Positions 47,671 to 58,796 of a DNA stretch of 64,000 bases are shown one piece after another. Below the pieces are notes generated by a model. It did not search any database, was not told where the DNA came from, and saw nothing but the letters and a program-made list of their open reading frames with translations. The stretch is from an uncultured Verrucomicrobiae bacterium (GTDB taxonomy: Bacteria > Verrucomicrobiota > Verrucomicrobiia > Limisphaerales > Palsa-1400), in the NCBI GenBank assembly GCA_963707025.1, contig CAVPOM010000006.1, positions 704,001 through 768,000 on the forward strand, given 5' to 3'. The translations under genes were made by a program, and so were the position numbers. Position 1 is the stretch's first letter; every line of letters begins with the position of its first letter.

Positions 47671-49545
47671 ATGAGCGACCCCCTGCACAAGGAGGACAAT
47701 GTCACCTACCAAAACGTGGCCACGGTTTCGGGCGGCAAGCTGACCGATATCAAGCCGGCCCAGCGGGCGGGCGCGTTGCGCGGCGCCCAGTTGCTGGCCA
47801 AGGCCCTGCGCGCCGAGGGCGTGGATACGCTGTTTGGCTATCCCGGCGGCGCGAATCTGGAAATCTTCGACGTGCTGCGCGAATTCGACATCCGCTGCAT
47901 CCGCACGGAACACGAGCAAGGCGCGGCCCATGCGGCGGAGGGCTATGCCCGCGCCACCGGCAGGGTGGGGGTGTGCCTGGCCACCTCGGGTCCGGGAGCC
48001 ACCAACCTGGTCACGGGCCTGGGCGATGCCCATAGTGATTCCACTCCCATCGTCGCCATTACCGGCAATGTCCCGTCGCATCTGCTGGGCAAGAATGCCT
48101 TTCAGGAGGTGGATATCGTGGGCGTGACCAAGCCGATCACCAAAAAGAATTACCTGGTGAAAAGGGTGACGGACATCCCCGAAGTGGTGCGCGAAGCCTT
48201 CGCCCTGGCAGGCGGCAATCGCCCCGGACCGGTGTTGATTGATATTCCCAAGGATATTCAGCAACAGTATCCGCGCGACGCGGAGGGCAATTACACCCCG
48301 CCCCGCATTCCGGCCATCATCGAAGCGCCGGAGCCTGAGATCGGCGGACTGACCGCGGATCAACTGGGCGAGTGCTGCCGCCTGCTGGAGGAGGCCCGGC
48401 GTCCGGTCATTTACGCCGGCGGCGGCATCGTCTCCTCCGGCAGCGCGGCGGCCTTGTTGCAGTTGGCCGAACGCCTCCAGTGCCCGGTGACCACGACCCT
48501 GATGGCTTGGGGCGCGTTTCCGCCGCAACATCCGCTGGCCCTGCATTGCCTGGGCATGCACGGCGGCAAATATGCCAACATCGCCGTCAACGAGGCGGAT
48601 TTGGTCATCGCGGCGGGCGTGCGCTTCGACGACCGGGTGACGGGAAACGTCCGCGAATTCATCAAGCGCGGCAAAATCATTCATATTGACATAGATCGCG
48701 ACGAACTGAACAAGAACAAGACGGTGACGCTGCCCATCTGCGCCAATGTGGCGGTGGCCCTGGCGCAACTGGCCGGCCGGGCCAGCGGCGGCGATTACAG
48801 CCAGTGGCGCAAGTATCTGGCGTCGTTGCGGGAGCAACACCCGTTTCAAGTTCCGGCGTCGGAGAAGATCAAGCCGCAACACGCCATCCGGTTGCTGAGC
48901 GATTTAACGGGCGGCGAAGCCATCATCACTCTGGGCGTGGGCCAGCACCAGATGTGGGCCATGCAACACTACCAGTCCAAGCGGCCCCGTTCCTTTCTGA
49001 GCAGCTCCGGCTTTGGCACCATGGGCTACGGGCTGCCCGCCGCCATCGGGGCCAAGGTGGGTTGCCCGGACCGGATGGTGATTGATATTGACGGCGACGG
49101 TTCGCTCAACATGACCGTGCATGAACTGGCCACCTGCCGCCGCTTCGGCCTGGGCGTCAAGGTGGTCGTGATCAACAACCAATGGCTGGGCATGGTGCGC
49201 CAGTGGCAGGACATGATTTATGGCGGACACCGTTCCGGCTCAGCCATGGCGGACCCCGCCACGGCGGTGAAACCCGAGGGGGAAGATGATGTTTATCCCG
49301 ATTTCGTGACCATCGCCGCGGGCTATCGCGTCCGCGCCGAACGCGTCAAGCAAAAAGCGGAATTGCCGGCCGCGTTTGCCCGGATGCTCGCCGACCCCGG
49401 CGAGCCGTTTTTGCTGGACGTGATTGTGGAAGGGGAGGAAAACGTGTTTCCGATGATTCCGGCCGGCGGCAGCTACCGGGACATCATCATGAGCGCGGAG
49501 GATCTGGCGGCGCGCAACCGCGGTTCGCAGGGCAGTTCTATTTAA
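47671..49545 (+). CDS. ilvB: Acetolactate synthase large subunit
   Basis: FGYPGGA, HEQGAAH, TSGPGATN, GMHG, RFDDRVTG, GQHQMW, GDGSLNM...NN. Confidence 0.9.
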   Translation: MSDPLHKEDNVTYQNVATVSGGKLTDIKPAQRAGALRGAQLLAKALRAEGVDTLFGYPGGANLEIFDVLREFDIRCIRTEHEQGAAHAAEGYARATGRVGVCLATSGPGATNLVTGLGDAHSDSTPIVAITGNVPSHLLGKNAFQEVDIVGVTKPITKKNYLVKRVTDIPEVVREAFALAGGNRPGPVLIDIPKDIQQQYPRDAEGNYTPPRIPAIIEAPEPEIGGLTADQLGECCRLLEEARRPVIYAGGGIVSSGSAAALLQLAERLQCPVTTTLMAWGAFPPQHPLALHCLGMHGGKYANIAVNEADLVIAAGVRFDDRVTGNVREFIKRGKIIHIDIDRDELNKNKTVTLPICANVAVALAQLAGRASGGDYSQWRKYLASLREQHPFQVPASEKIKPQHAIRLLSDLTGGEAIITLGVGQHQMWAMQHYQSKRPRSFLSSSGFGTMGYGLPAAIGAKVGCPDRMVIDIDGDGSLNMTVHELATCRRFGLGVKVVVINNQWLGMVRQWQDMIYGGHRSGSAMADPATAVKPEGEDDVYPDFVTIAAGYRVRAERVKQKAELPAAFARMLADPGEPFLLDVIVEGEENVFPMIPAGGSYRDIIMSAEDLAARNRGSQGSSI

Positions 49546-49559
49546 TGTGAGCAGACGAA

Positions 49560-50951
49560 TTAGGGTTTGCGGCGGGGCGGGGCGTGAATGGACTCGCCGT
49601 GGAGGGCGTGGGCCGTCTCCATCCAGGCTTCGCTGAAGGTGGGATGGGCGTGGATGGTGCGGCCCAGTTCGCGCGCGGTCCACTCGGCGCGGATGGCGGC
49701 GGTGGCCTCGGCAATGAGTTCAGTGGCGTGCGGGCCGACGGCGGCGGCGCCGAGAAAGCTGGTCGGTGGCGGCGTCGGCAATCCATTTGACAAAGCCCAG
49801 GGTTTCCCCCGAGGCGAGGGCCTTGCCCAGGCCGGCGAAGCGGAACTTGCCGGTTTTGACGGCGCGTTCCGCCTTTTTGGCGTCGTTCTCGCCCAGGCCG
49901 ACCGTGCCGACCTCCGGGGAGGTGAAGATGACGTTGGGGACGAGGGTGTCGCAGGGCTGGTATGTATTCATTGACAGCGTTGGCGGCGGCGGCCAGACCC
50001 TGCGCGGTGGCGTAGTGGGCCAACTGGGTTTTGCCGGTCACGTCGCCGATGGCAAAGATGTTGGCGGCCTGGGTGCGGCAGCAGTCGTCCGCTTCAATAA
50101 AACCGCGCTCGGCCGGTTTTCAACCCGGCGTTCTCCAGTTGCAACCCGTCGGTGACGGGCTGGCGGCCGACGGCGCTGAGCAGCAGGGCGGCCTGCAGCG
50201 ATTCGCCGCCGCAATCGCCGCGCACGCCCTGGCCGCCGGCGGATGTTTTCCAGCGCTTTGCCGGTGAGGATGCGGATGCCAAGGGCTTTTTCCATGTGGG
50301 CGCGCACTTCGCGGCGCACATCGGGATCGAGCAGGAGCAGAATGTCTTCCAGCAATTCCACGATGGTCACCTTCACGCCCAACTGCGCGGCCATGCAGGC
50401 GAGTTCGCAGCCAATGAACCCGCCGCCCAGGACGATCATGCTGGCGGGCAGCGCGGTCAGTCCAGGAAGCCCCGGCTTTCCACCACGCGCTCATGCTTCG
50501 GCGAAGAAAGGCGGGCATGGCGGAGGTCGAGCCGGTGGCAATGATGATCTTCTTCGCGCCGATGGTCGCGCGCCGCCGCTAATGGCGATGGTGTGCGCGA
50601 TCCTTGAAGGAAGCCACGCCGGTGAATTGCTTGACGCCGTTGGCCGTGAGCAGTTGTTTGACGCCGCTTTTGAGCTGGCCGACGATCTTATTCTTGTTGC
50701 CCGATCATGGCGGCGTAATCCACGGACATGCCGGTGACGGTGATGCCGAAAGCGGCGGCGCGTTTGATTTTGGCCAAGGTATCGGCGGCGGCGATCAGCG
50801 TCTTGGTGGGGATGCAACCCCAGTTCAGGCAGGTGCCGCCGAGCTGTTCCTTTTCCACGATGGCGACCGACGCGCCCAGTTGCGCGGCGCGGATGGCCGC
50901 GGGATAACCGCCCGGTCCGGCGCCGATGACTACGATGTCAAACGTTTCCAT
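49560..50951 (-). CDS. lpdA: Dihydrolipoamide dehydrogenase (E3); multiple frameshifts
   Basis: [34 protein letters not shown] and HAHPTFSE lie in different frames. Confidence 0.85.
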
Positions 50952-52305
50952 AATTCCATGTCCTCCAGTTTGGCTTTGATGGCGTTGCTGAATTGAGCGC
51001 CCAGCGCGCCGTCAATCAGGCGGTGGTCGACCGAGAGCGTCATCTTCATGATCTGGCGGACGACCACCTGGTCGTCGCGCACGACGGGCTTGCGGCAGGG
51101 TGCTGGCGACGGCGAGGATGGCGCTTTCGCCGGGATTGATGATGGCGGTGAAGTTCTCCACATCCAGCATGCCCATGTTGGAGATGGTGAACGTGCTGCC
51201 GCTCATCTCGTCGGGGGTGAGCTTGCCGGCGCGGGCCTTGTCGGCGAGCGCCTTGGAGCGCGCGCTGATTTCCAGCAGCGTCAGTTCGTCCGGCGTTGCG
51301 GATCACCGGCACGACCAGGCCCTGCTCCAGCGAGACCGCGAGGCCGAGATGGACGTGGCTGTTCCAGCGCGTGGTCTTGCCGTCGGTCGCGCTGTTCACC
51401 GTCGGGGAATTCCTGCAGCGTCAGCACCACCGCCTGCGGAGATGAAGTCCGTGACGGTGTAGGGCGCGCCCGCCGCCTTGAGCTGCGTTGCGGAACGCCA
51501 CAAGGTCGGTCATGTCCACCGACGACGGTGACGTAGAAATGCGGCGTGTCGCGGAAGCTTTGCGTGAGCCGCTGGGCGATGATCTGCCGCATCTTGGTCA
51601 TCGGCCTTTGGCTTCTCGGCGATGGCGCGCTCGACGTCGGCCAGGCTGATGCGTCCGCCGAATCGCCGTGGCCTGGATGCGCCAGCACATCGAGCTTTTC
51701 CTTCGCCGCGAGTTCCTTGGCGGCGGGACTGATGCGCAGACTTGTTGTAGCCGTGCGCTTCCAGATAATGCCTGCACGTCCTTCTCCACGACGCGTCCCT
51801 GCGGGCCGGTGCCTTTGATGCGGGGCCGGGTCAATGACGCAATCGCCTGGCCAAGGCCGCCGCGCGCGGGCTGATGCGGAAGAGGGCGGGAGCCGCCGGA
51901 GCGGGTGCGGGCAGGGCTGGAATGGCGCCGGGGACGGAGGCCGCGGCCGTTGGCGCCGCGCCCGGCGGCGGCGGCGATGGCGGCGCGACGGGCGACAGCG
52001 CGCCCTGCTTCCGCGGGCTTGGGAGCGGGGACCGGGCGCGGGCGGTCACTGCGGGAATCGGCTTCGCCCGGTTGGCCGAGAAAACCGACCGTGCTTTGCA
52101 CCGGGACGCTGACTCCCGGCGGCACGACGATTTTCAGCAGCGTGCCGGCCTCGAAACTCTCCACTTCCATGACCGACTTGTCGGTTTCGACGGTGAACAG
52201 GATGTCGCCCTTGGCGACCTTGTCGCCTTCCTTCTTGAGCCATTCGACGATGGCGCTTTCTTCGGTCATCTGACCGAACTTGGGCATGATGATGGGGGTA
52301 GCCAT
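50930..52305 (-). CDS. Dihydrolipoamide acyltransferase (E2); multiple frameshifts
   Basis: Lipoyl domain VETDKSVME, Ala/Pro linker, [22 protein letters not shown]. Confidence 0.85.
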
Positions 52306-52314
52306 GGTCGTGCC

Positions 52315-54624
52315 TTACAGGATGGAGTTGGCGGCGGCGAGGATGTCGTCGACGTTGGGCAGGAACGCCGCTTCCAGAACGTGCGATTGCGGCGCGATGC
52401 CGTTCTTGGCGCCGACGCGTTTGACGGGGGCGTCGAGGTAATCGAACGCCGCGTCCTGAATGGTCGAGGCGATTTCGCCGGTGTAACTGCCGATGTGAAT
52501 GGCCTGGCTGGCGACCACGCAGCGGCCGGTCTTCTGCACCGAGCGCAACACCGTGTCCATATCCAGCGGCACGAGGCTGCGCAGGTCAATGACCTCGGCG
52601 CTGACATTTTTTTCCGCCTTCAACTTGTCCGCGGCCTTGAGGCAGTCGTGAACCAGCGGACCCCAGGCGACGAGCGTGATGTCGGCGCCCGCGCGCTTGA
52701 TGTCGGCGACGCCCAGCGGGAACGAGGTATTCCGCCTTCCGGCACCGGACCTTTCATGCCGTAAAGCCCCTGCGACTCGACAAACAGGACGGGGTTGTTG
52801 TCGCGAATGGCCGATTTCAGCATGCCCTTGGCGTCGTCGGGCGTCGCGGGGTAAACCACATAGAGGCCGGGGATGTGGCAGAACATGGATTCGAGCGTCT
52901 GCGAATGCTGGCCGCCGTAGCCCTTGCCCGCGCCGGCCGAGACGCGGATGACCAGCGGCACCTCGGTTTGCGCGCCGCTCATGTAATGCCATTTGGCGGC
53001 CTGGTTGCTGATCTGGTCGGACGACATCAGCGCGAAATCGAAGTACATCAATTCCACCACCGGCCGCAGTCCGATCATGGCCGCGCCGCAGCCGGTGCCG
53101 CAGATGCAGGCTTCGCTAATCGGCGTGTTGAAGACGCGATCGCGCCCGAAGGCTTCGAGCAATCCCTTGGTCACCTTGAACGCGCCGCCGTAATCGGCCA
53201 CGTCTTCGCCATAGAAGATGACGCGCTTGTCGCGCGCCATTTCCTCGACCAGCGCTTCTTTGATGGCGTCCTTGTAGGTGAGTTCGCCGTTGACGCGCTT
53301 GATTTCCGGGAGCGGGCCGGACGAGTTCCACCTTGGCAAATTCCGCCGGCACGGTCTCGCACTTCGTGTCGGTGTACATGAACTTGATGACGTCCTTGGC
53401 GAGCGGATCGGCCGCGGCGGCGGCGCGCTTGGCGGCGCGGGCGTTGCGGTCGGCGACGCGCTTTTCCACCGCGGCGAGTGCCTTCGGCGTCGAGCACCCC
53501 GGCTTCCAGCAGCTCCTTCTTGAAGGTCTCGATGGGATCGACGGCTTTCCAGGCGGCTTCCTCTTCCTTGGTGCGGTATTCGTTGCGCGGGTCGCTGAGC
53601 GAGTGGCCCCAATAACGGTAGCAGTCCACATCGAGGAAGACCGGGCCCTTGCCTCGCGGCAGAGCTGGGCGGCGCGCAGGACGGCGTCGCGCACGGCCAG
53701 CGACGTTCATGCCGTTGACGATCTCCGCGTGCATGTTGTTGTCGGCAAAGCCGGCCGGCGCGGCGCGCGATGCGGTCCACGCCCATGACTTCGTCATCGG
53801 TGCGGTGGGTCATGCCGTAATGGTTGTTGCAGACGAGGAAGATAATCGGCAGGCCGAATTTGGGGCCGGTCGGCCAGGTGGTTGGTGAACTGGGCCTGGG
53901 CGGCGAAATTCAAGCGATTCCAGCACCACGCCGTTGGCGTAGGCGCCGTCGCCGGCAAAGCAGCAAACCACGTTGCCGCGCTGGAGATAGCGGTTGGCCA
54001 GGGCCGCGCCGGTGGCAATGGGCACGCCGCCGCCGACGATGGCGTTGGCGCCGAGGTGGCCGACGGTGAAATCGGCGATGTGCATCGAGCCGCCGCGGCC
54101 GCGGCAATAGCCGTCGTCCTTGCCGAAGAGTTCGCAAATGGTGCGATAGACGTGTTGTTCCAGCGCGGCTTCGAGCAGGTCCTCGTGCTTGGGTGGATGG
54201 GCAGTGGGGCACGCGCTGGCGCAGTTGCGCGTCGGTCATCTGGCGGATGGCGACGGTGCCCTTGGCCAGGCTTTCGCCATGGCCGCGATGCGTGCTGGTG
54301 ATGTTGTCGGGCAACTGCAGCGCGCAGCACGCGCCCGGCCGCGGTGCCTTCCTGGCCGATGGAAACATGGGTCGGCCCGCGATAGTTGTAGTCGCGGATC
54401 GGCTCGTAGGCGCCGGACCGCAGCTTGACGATCATCTCTTCCATCTCGCGGATGATGAGCATGTCTTCGAGGATGGCCACCGCTTCCGCCGGCGGGAGGG
54501 TCCCGGCTTTGAGTTCGGCCTGGAGCGTGCCGTGGTAGCGATAGGCGGGAATCCGGCCGCAGTCTATGTCAAAGGGGGTCAATTCGGGGCGTGAATCGCT
54601 GAGATAGGCGGTTGATTTCTTCAT
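52315..54624 (-). CDS. Fused E1 alpha+beta TPP-dependent 2-oxoacid/acetoin dehydrogenase; multiple frameshifts
   Basis: HVSIGQEG, STHRGHG, MHIAD..LGANAIVG, GDGA, YRYWGHS, GEDV, NTPISE, GQHSQ, IDLRSLVPLD spread over several frames. Confidence 0.82.
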
Positions 54625-54627
54625 CGG

Positions 54628-55404
54628 TTATTCCGGGTTGCTGGCTCGGACAATTTTAATGCCTTTGTGAACCAGGGCGCTGGCAAAAGCCAGGGGCTTG
54701 TCGGTGATCAAAACGTGGACGCTGGACCAGCGGCCGGCGCTGGCGAAAGAAACTTTGCCAGCCTTGCTGCTGTCAGCCAGGACGATCACCTGGCGCGCCT
54801 GGGCCATGACGGCTTGTTTGGTAAAGGCCTCGCTGGGGTCGGTGGTGGTCAGTCCTTCTTTCAAGGCGAATCCCATGGTCCCCATGAAGGCTTTGTCCAG
54901 ATGCAGTTCCTGAAGGACCAGGCGCGTCAGCGGCCCCACCAGGGTCTGGCTGAGGCGCCGCAATTCGCCGCCAATGACAATGAGTCGCGGCCCGCGCCCG
55001 GCCAGTTCGTGGGCGGCGTGCAAGGAATTGGTGACGACGGTCAGGTTGCTCCGTTCGCCCAGCAGGCGCGCCAGCTCCAGAACGGTGCTGCCGCCGTCGA
55101 GGTAGATGGTGTCGCCCGGCTCGATAAATGACAAGGCGGCCCCGGCAATGCACCGCTTCTCCCGCACGGCCAGGGATGTCTTGTCCTCGAAAAGCGACTC
55201 GTCCAGCCGGTTCTCCACGCTGACCGCGCCGCCATGCACCCGGCGGACGGCCCCGCGGCGCTCCAACAGGTCCAGGTCCCGCCGCACCGTGGCGGGGGAG
55301 ACATGGAGGCGGCGGCAGAGATCCTCGACGCGGTTGACGCCGTTGTCGCGGATCAAGGCGCGCAGGTTGTCCCATCGCTGGGGCGCCAGCGCTTTCTGGT
55401 CCAA
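54628..55404 (-). CDS. DeoR/GlpR-family transcriptional regulator; start uncertain (TTG 55404 or 55470)
   Basis: HTH VSPATVRRDL, RVHGGA, LDGGST, VTNS, LADSSK. Confidence 0.88.
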   Translation of the reverse strand: MDQKALAPQRWDNLRALIRDNGVNRVEDLCRRLHVSPATVRRDLDLLERRGAVRRVHGGAVSVENRLDESLFEDKTSLAVREKRCIAGAALSFIEPGDTIYLDGGSTVLELARLLGERSNLTVVTNSLHAAHELAGRGPRLIVIGGELRRLSQTLVGPLTRLVLQELHLDKAFMGTMGFALKEGLTTTDPSEAFTKQAVMAQARQVIVLADSSKAGKVSFASAGRWSSVHVLITDKPLAFASALVHKGIKIVRASNPE

Positions 55405-55419
55405 ATCCGGGTTGACGAG

Positions 55420-55472
55420 TTTTGATTGAATATGATCGAATATAGGGTGGAATTGGTTTAAATCAATCAAAA
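55420..55472 (-). promoter_or_regulatory. Candidate sigma-70 promoter bracketed by a 10-bp inverted repeat (possible DeoR operator)
   Basis: ttttgattga (55420-55429) / tcaatcaaaa (55463-55472); minus-strand TTGATT-N16-TATATT. Confidence 0.5.
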
Positions 55473-55603
55473 TATTTCAGAATGTTTCATTCATCTATAT
55501 AGTTGGGCTGGGCTGGTTCCTGGGCGAACCTGTTGCCTCACGCCGAAAGACAACGATAATATGCGATTATTCGGGACCGACCCCGATTTCGCGGCGGGGG
55601 GTA

Positions 55604-56359
55604 TCAGATTTTTAAGGCGCGCTGGCGGTAGGCTTCGTCGGGACGGCCGGCGATGCGCGCGATGTTTTCGCTGGAGAAAAAAACGGGGCCGCCCAGGGCG
55701 GCGGCGCCGATGAAAATTCTGGCGGCTTTCTCGGCCATGAGCATGGCGGAGAGAACGGATTGCCAGGTGCCCCCAAGGGTGATAAGGCCGTGGTTTTGCA
55801 TGAGGATGACCCGGGGCTGGCACTGTTCCTTTTGAAGGAACGCTTCGGTCTGGCGACGGATGGCCTGGGCCAGTTTCAAGCCCGGATCGGTAAAGGGAAC
55901 GAAGACCGAGGCGGTGCCGCAACAAACGATTTCGTCGGGAAACATGCGGTGTTCGCTGAAATCCCGCGCGCGGGGCGAACAAAGGATTTGATTGACGGTG
56001 GTGGCATGGGTGTGGCCGACGAATTTGACGCCGGGCAGGGAAAGCAGCCAGGCATGGAAGACGGCTTCGACGGACGGTTTTTTCGCCTTGGAATCAACGC
56101 GGGCGGCGAGCAGGGCGTCGTCCACCTGCTGATCGGCCAGGCTTTCTTGTTCGAGCATGGGCAGCAGGGCGGAGAAACGGCACTCGATGAGGTCGTCGTC
56201 TTTGAGAGTGCCGAGGCAGGTGCCGCTGGCTTTGACGAGAAAGGATTTGTCGCCCAGGCGGGCGGAGGTGTTGCCTTCGCCGAGGATGGCCAGACCGCGG
56301 TCTTCGCGGCCGAGATCGTGGGAAAGGGCGAGGAGTTCTTGGCGGATGGTATTTTGCAT
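55604..56359 (-). CDS. Class II aldolase/adducin-family protein
   Basis: GEGNTSAR, VKASG, PSVE..FH, GHTH, QNHG. Confidence 0.85.
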   Translation of the reverse strand: MQNTIRQELLALSHDLGREDRGLAILGEGNTSARLGDKSFLVKASGTCLGTLKDDDLIECRFSALLPMLEQESLADQQVDDALLAARVDSKAKKPSVEAVFHAWLLSLPGVKFVGHTHATTVNQILCSPRARDFSEHRMFPDEIVCCGTASVFVPFTDPGLKLAQAIRRQTEAFLQKEQCQPRVILMQNHGLITLGGTWQSVLSAMLMAEKAARIFIGAAALGGPVFFSSENIARIAGRPDEAYRQRALKI

Positions 56360-56364
56360 TTGGG

Positions 56365-57177
56365 TTAGTTCATTTCCTGGCCGCCGGCCACGCTCAAGGC
56401 AACGCCGGTGATGTAAGAGGACTGGTCGGAGGCGAGAAAGACGACGGCGTTGCAGACGTCCTCGTAAGTGCAGCCGCGTTTCATGGGGACTTGATTGACA
56501 TAGGCCTGGCGGACGTCGGCCACGTTTTTGGCGCCGGGGACTTTGCCGGCACGAAGGTACTGGGCAAACAAGCCTTTTTCAGGATGGGTCCAAAGCGGGG
56601 AGTCGAGCAGGTTGCCGGGGCAGACGGCGTTGCAGCGGACCTGGAACGGGGCCATTTCCAGCGCGACGCTCTGGGTGTGGCCGATGCCGCCGAACTTGCT
56701 GGCGGCGTAGGCGGAGTTGGCGGCGCTGCCCTTCTTGCCGGATTTGGAATTAATATTGATGATGGAACCGCCCCCCTGGCTCTGCATGAGGCGGCAGGCG
56801 TATTTGGTGACCAGGAAATAGCCGAATAGGTTCACCTCCAGGACCGCGCGCCATTTGCCGGCATCGGCCTCGGCAATGGGTTCGGCCATGAGGATGCCGG
56901 CGTTGGCCACGACGATGTCCAGGCGGCCGAACTCCTGCGCGGCGCGGGCGAAGAGCATTTGGACGTCGGCTTCCTGGGTGACGTCCACTTTGACTCCGAG
57001 GACGGTACCGGCGGTTTGGGCGGCGATAGCGGCGGCGGTTTCGGCAACGCCCTTCTCGTTGACATCGGCAATAAGGACCTTGCAGCCTTCGCGGACGAGG
57101 CGGAGGGAGATGGCCTGGCCCAAACCCTGCGCGCCGCCGGTGACGATGGCGGTCTTGTTCTTCAAATCCGCGCTCAT
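56365..57177 (-). CDS. srlD: Sorbitol-6-phosphate dehydrogenase-like SDR
   Basis: TGGAQGLG, NSKSGKKG, YAASKFGG, GNLLDSP, VPMKRGCTYEDV. Confidence 0.78.
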   Translation of the reverse strand: MSADLKNKTAIVTGGAQGLGQAISLRLVREGCKVLIADVNEKGVAETAAAIAAQTAGTVLGVKVDVTQEADVQMLFARAAQEFGRLDIVVANAGILMAEPIAEADAGKWRAVLEVNLFGYFLVTKYACRLMQSQGGGSIININSKSGKKGSAANSAYAASKFGGIGHTQSVALEMAPFQVRCNAVCPGNLLDSPLWTHPEKGLFAQYLRAGKVPGAKNVADVRQAYVNQVPMKRGCTYEDVCNAVVFLASDQSSYITGVALSVAGGQEMN

Positions 57178-58796
57178 GTTTTGGGGAATTGTTGCAAGAG
57201 AGCTTCTTCGGCCTGTTTGTTCCAGTGGCCGTCGGAAAGCGGCAGCGAGCCGGCCAGTTCGGCCAGCGGGGTGAGCTTTAATCCGCGGCAGGAAGGGTAA
57301 ACCAGGATTTTGCCGGGCATGAGATTTTTTTCCACGGCGCGGATGCCGTCAATCGCGCCGTCCAATCCGGCCACGGCGGCGACGGACAGATTGGTGTCGA
57401 GGCGGCGGGAAACGACTTTGGCCAGGACCTGTTTCATGTCCTCGAGGACCGAACCGCTGGTGCCGATGAAGTAAAGTTTCTTCTGGATGTAGGCGTCCAG
57501 GTCAAGGGCGGCGGTCTTGTCGGCGGGAATGCCGGCGAAGATGTTGATGAGGCCGCCGGGCGCGGCGTCCTGGACGGCCTGGGCGACCAGGGCGGGCACG
57601 GGGGCCATGAGAACGATGTAGTTGAAAGGGCCGGGAAGCTTGTCTTTGGACGGATTGCAGGGGCGGAAGGTGAGGTTGTTCCTGGCGGCCAGGGGTTCGG
57701 CCAGCCTTTGCAGCACGGCCAAACGCTCGTCGCTCAGGTCGCAAGCGAACACGGTGACGCCGGGCACGCCCTGGCAGAGGTCGCGGATGACGTGCATGGT
57801 GCCCATCGGACCGGCCGCGCCGATGATGTTGATTTTGTCGTTGGGACGGATTTCGGCCGTGGCGGGAATGGCGGACAAGGCCGCGGCGGCGTCCCTGCCG
57901 GTGGTGCCGACCAGGCGGATGCCGCCGTAGTGAACGCGGCCGACCTGGGAGACGACCGGACGGCCAAACTTGCCGCCGGCTTGAACGATGTTGAACAAGC
58001 CGCCGACGGCGACTTTGGGGAAAAGTTGTTCCACCGTCGCCGGGTTTGAGCCGAAGTAAATGACGTCGTCAAAAGCGGCGTTGTTCAGTTCGGCAATTTT
58101 GGCAGCGGCGGTGAAGGTGGTGGTTTTGGGCTTGCCCGGCAGGCTCCAGACCCGGCTTTTGTCCACCAGCGTCTCGCCGACGACGAGCAACTGGCCGCCG
58201 TCCTTGAGGGTCTGGCGTTGCTTCTCGACGTAGGAATCTTCGACGCAGGCCCACGGCTCGACCAAGGCGAGGGCGGAGGAGGACAAATCTTCGGGGACGG
58301 GAATGAGCATGGATTCTCCCTCCGGGGCGGTGATGACGCGCTCGTCCAGAAGGACATATTCCTGGAGGGCGCCTTCAAAATTGTAGCCGAAGGCGGAGCA
58401 AGAGTTGGCGGTGGGCAGCCAGCGGTAATCGGTTTGCACCAGGTAGCGCCCGCCGACCTTGTGGCGCTGGACATTGGCGCCGACCTGGACCAGGCGGATG
58501 ACCGTCTCATGGCCGGGCACGGCCGGTTGGTCGCCGGGCACATAGTTGGGCATTTGCCGCAAAAGATCCGGAGCAATGCCGGCGGTGATGGGAGATTTGC
58601 GGGCGTGGCCGGAAAATTGTTTGAGCAGCTTGAGGTCGGAAAAGCACAAGCCGACGACTTCCACCCGTCCCAGCACCTGATCGGGACCCGGTTGCAAGAC
58701 GGGCTTGGTTTCGTTCATCTGCAACTGGTCGGGTCCGACCAGTTGCACGGCGCGCTGTTGTTTTGGAATGGGGGCGGCTGACATAATGTTGCTCAC
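57174..58796 (-). CDS. Extended medium-chain (GroES/Zn-type) alcohol/polyol dehydrogenase, 540 aa
   Basis: GLCFSDLK, PGHE, EPWAC, IGAAGPMG; no four-Cys structural Zn site. Confidence 0.78.
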   Translation of the reverse strand: MSNIMSAAPIPKQQRAVQLVGPDQLQMNETKPVLQPGPDQVLGRVEVVGLCFSDLKLLKQFSGHARKSPITAGIAPDLLRQMPNYVPGDQPAVPGHETVIRLVQVGANVQRHKVGGRYLVQTDYRWLPTANSCSAFGYNFEGALQEYVLLDERVITAPEGESMLIPVPEDLSSSALALVEPWACVEDSYVEKQRQTLKDGGQLLVVGETLVDKSRVWSLPGKPKTTTFTAAAKIAELNNAAFDDVIYFGSNPATVEQLFPKVAVGGLFNIVQAGGKFGRPVVSQVGRVHYGGIRLVGTTGRDAAAALSAIPATAEIRPNDKINIIGAAGPMGTMHVIRDLCQGVPGVTVFACDLSDERLAVLQRLAEPLAARNNLTFRPCNPSKDKLPGPFNYIVLMAPVPALVAQAVQDAAPGGLINIFAGIPADKTAALDLDAYIQKKLYFIGTSGSVLEDMKQVLAKVVSRRLDTNLSVAAVAGLDGAIDGIRAVEKNLMPGKILVYPSCRGLKLTPLAELAGSLPLSDGHWNKQAEEALLQQFPKT

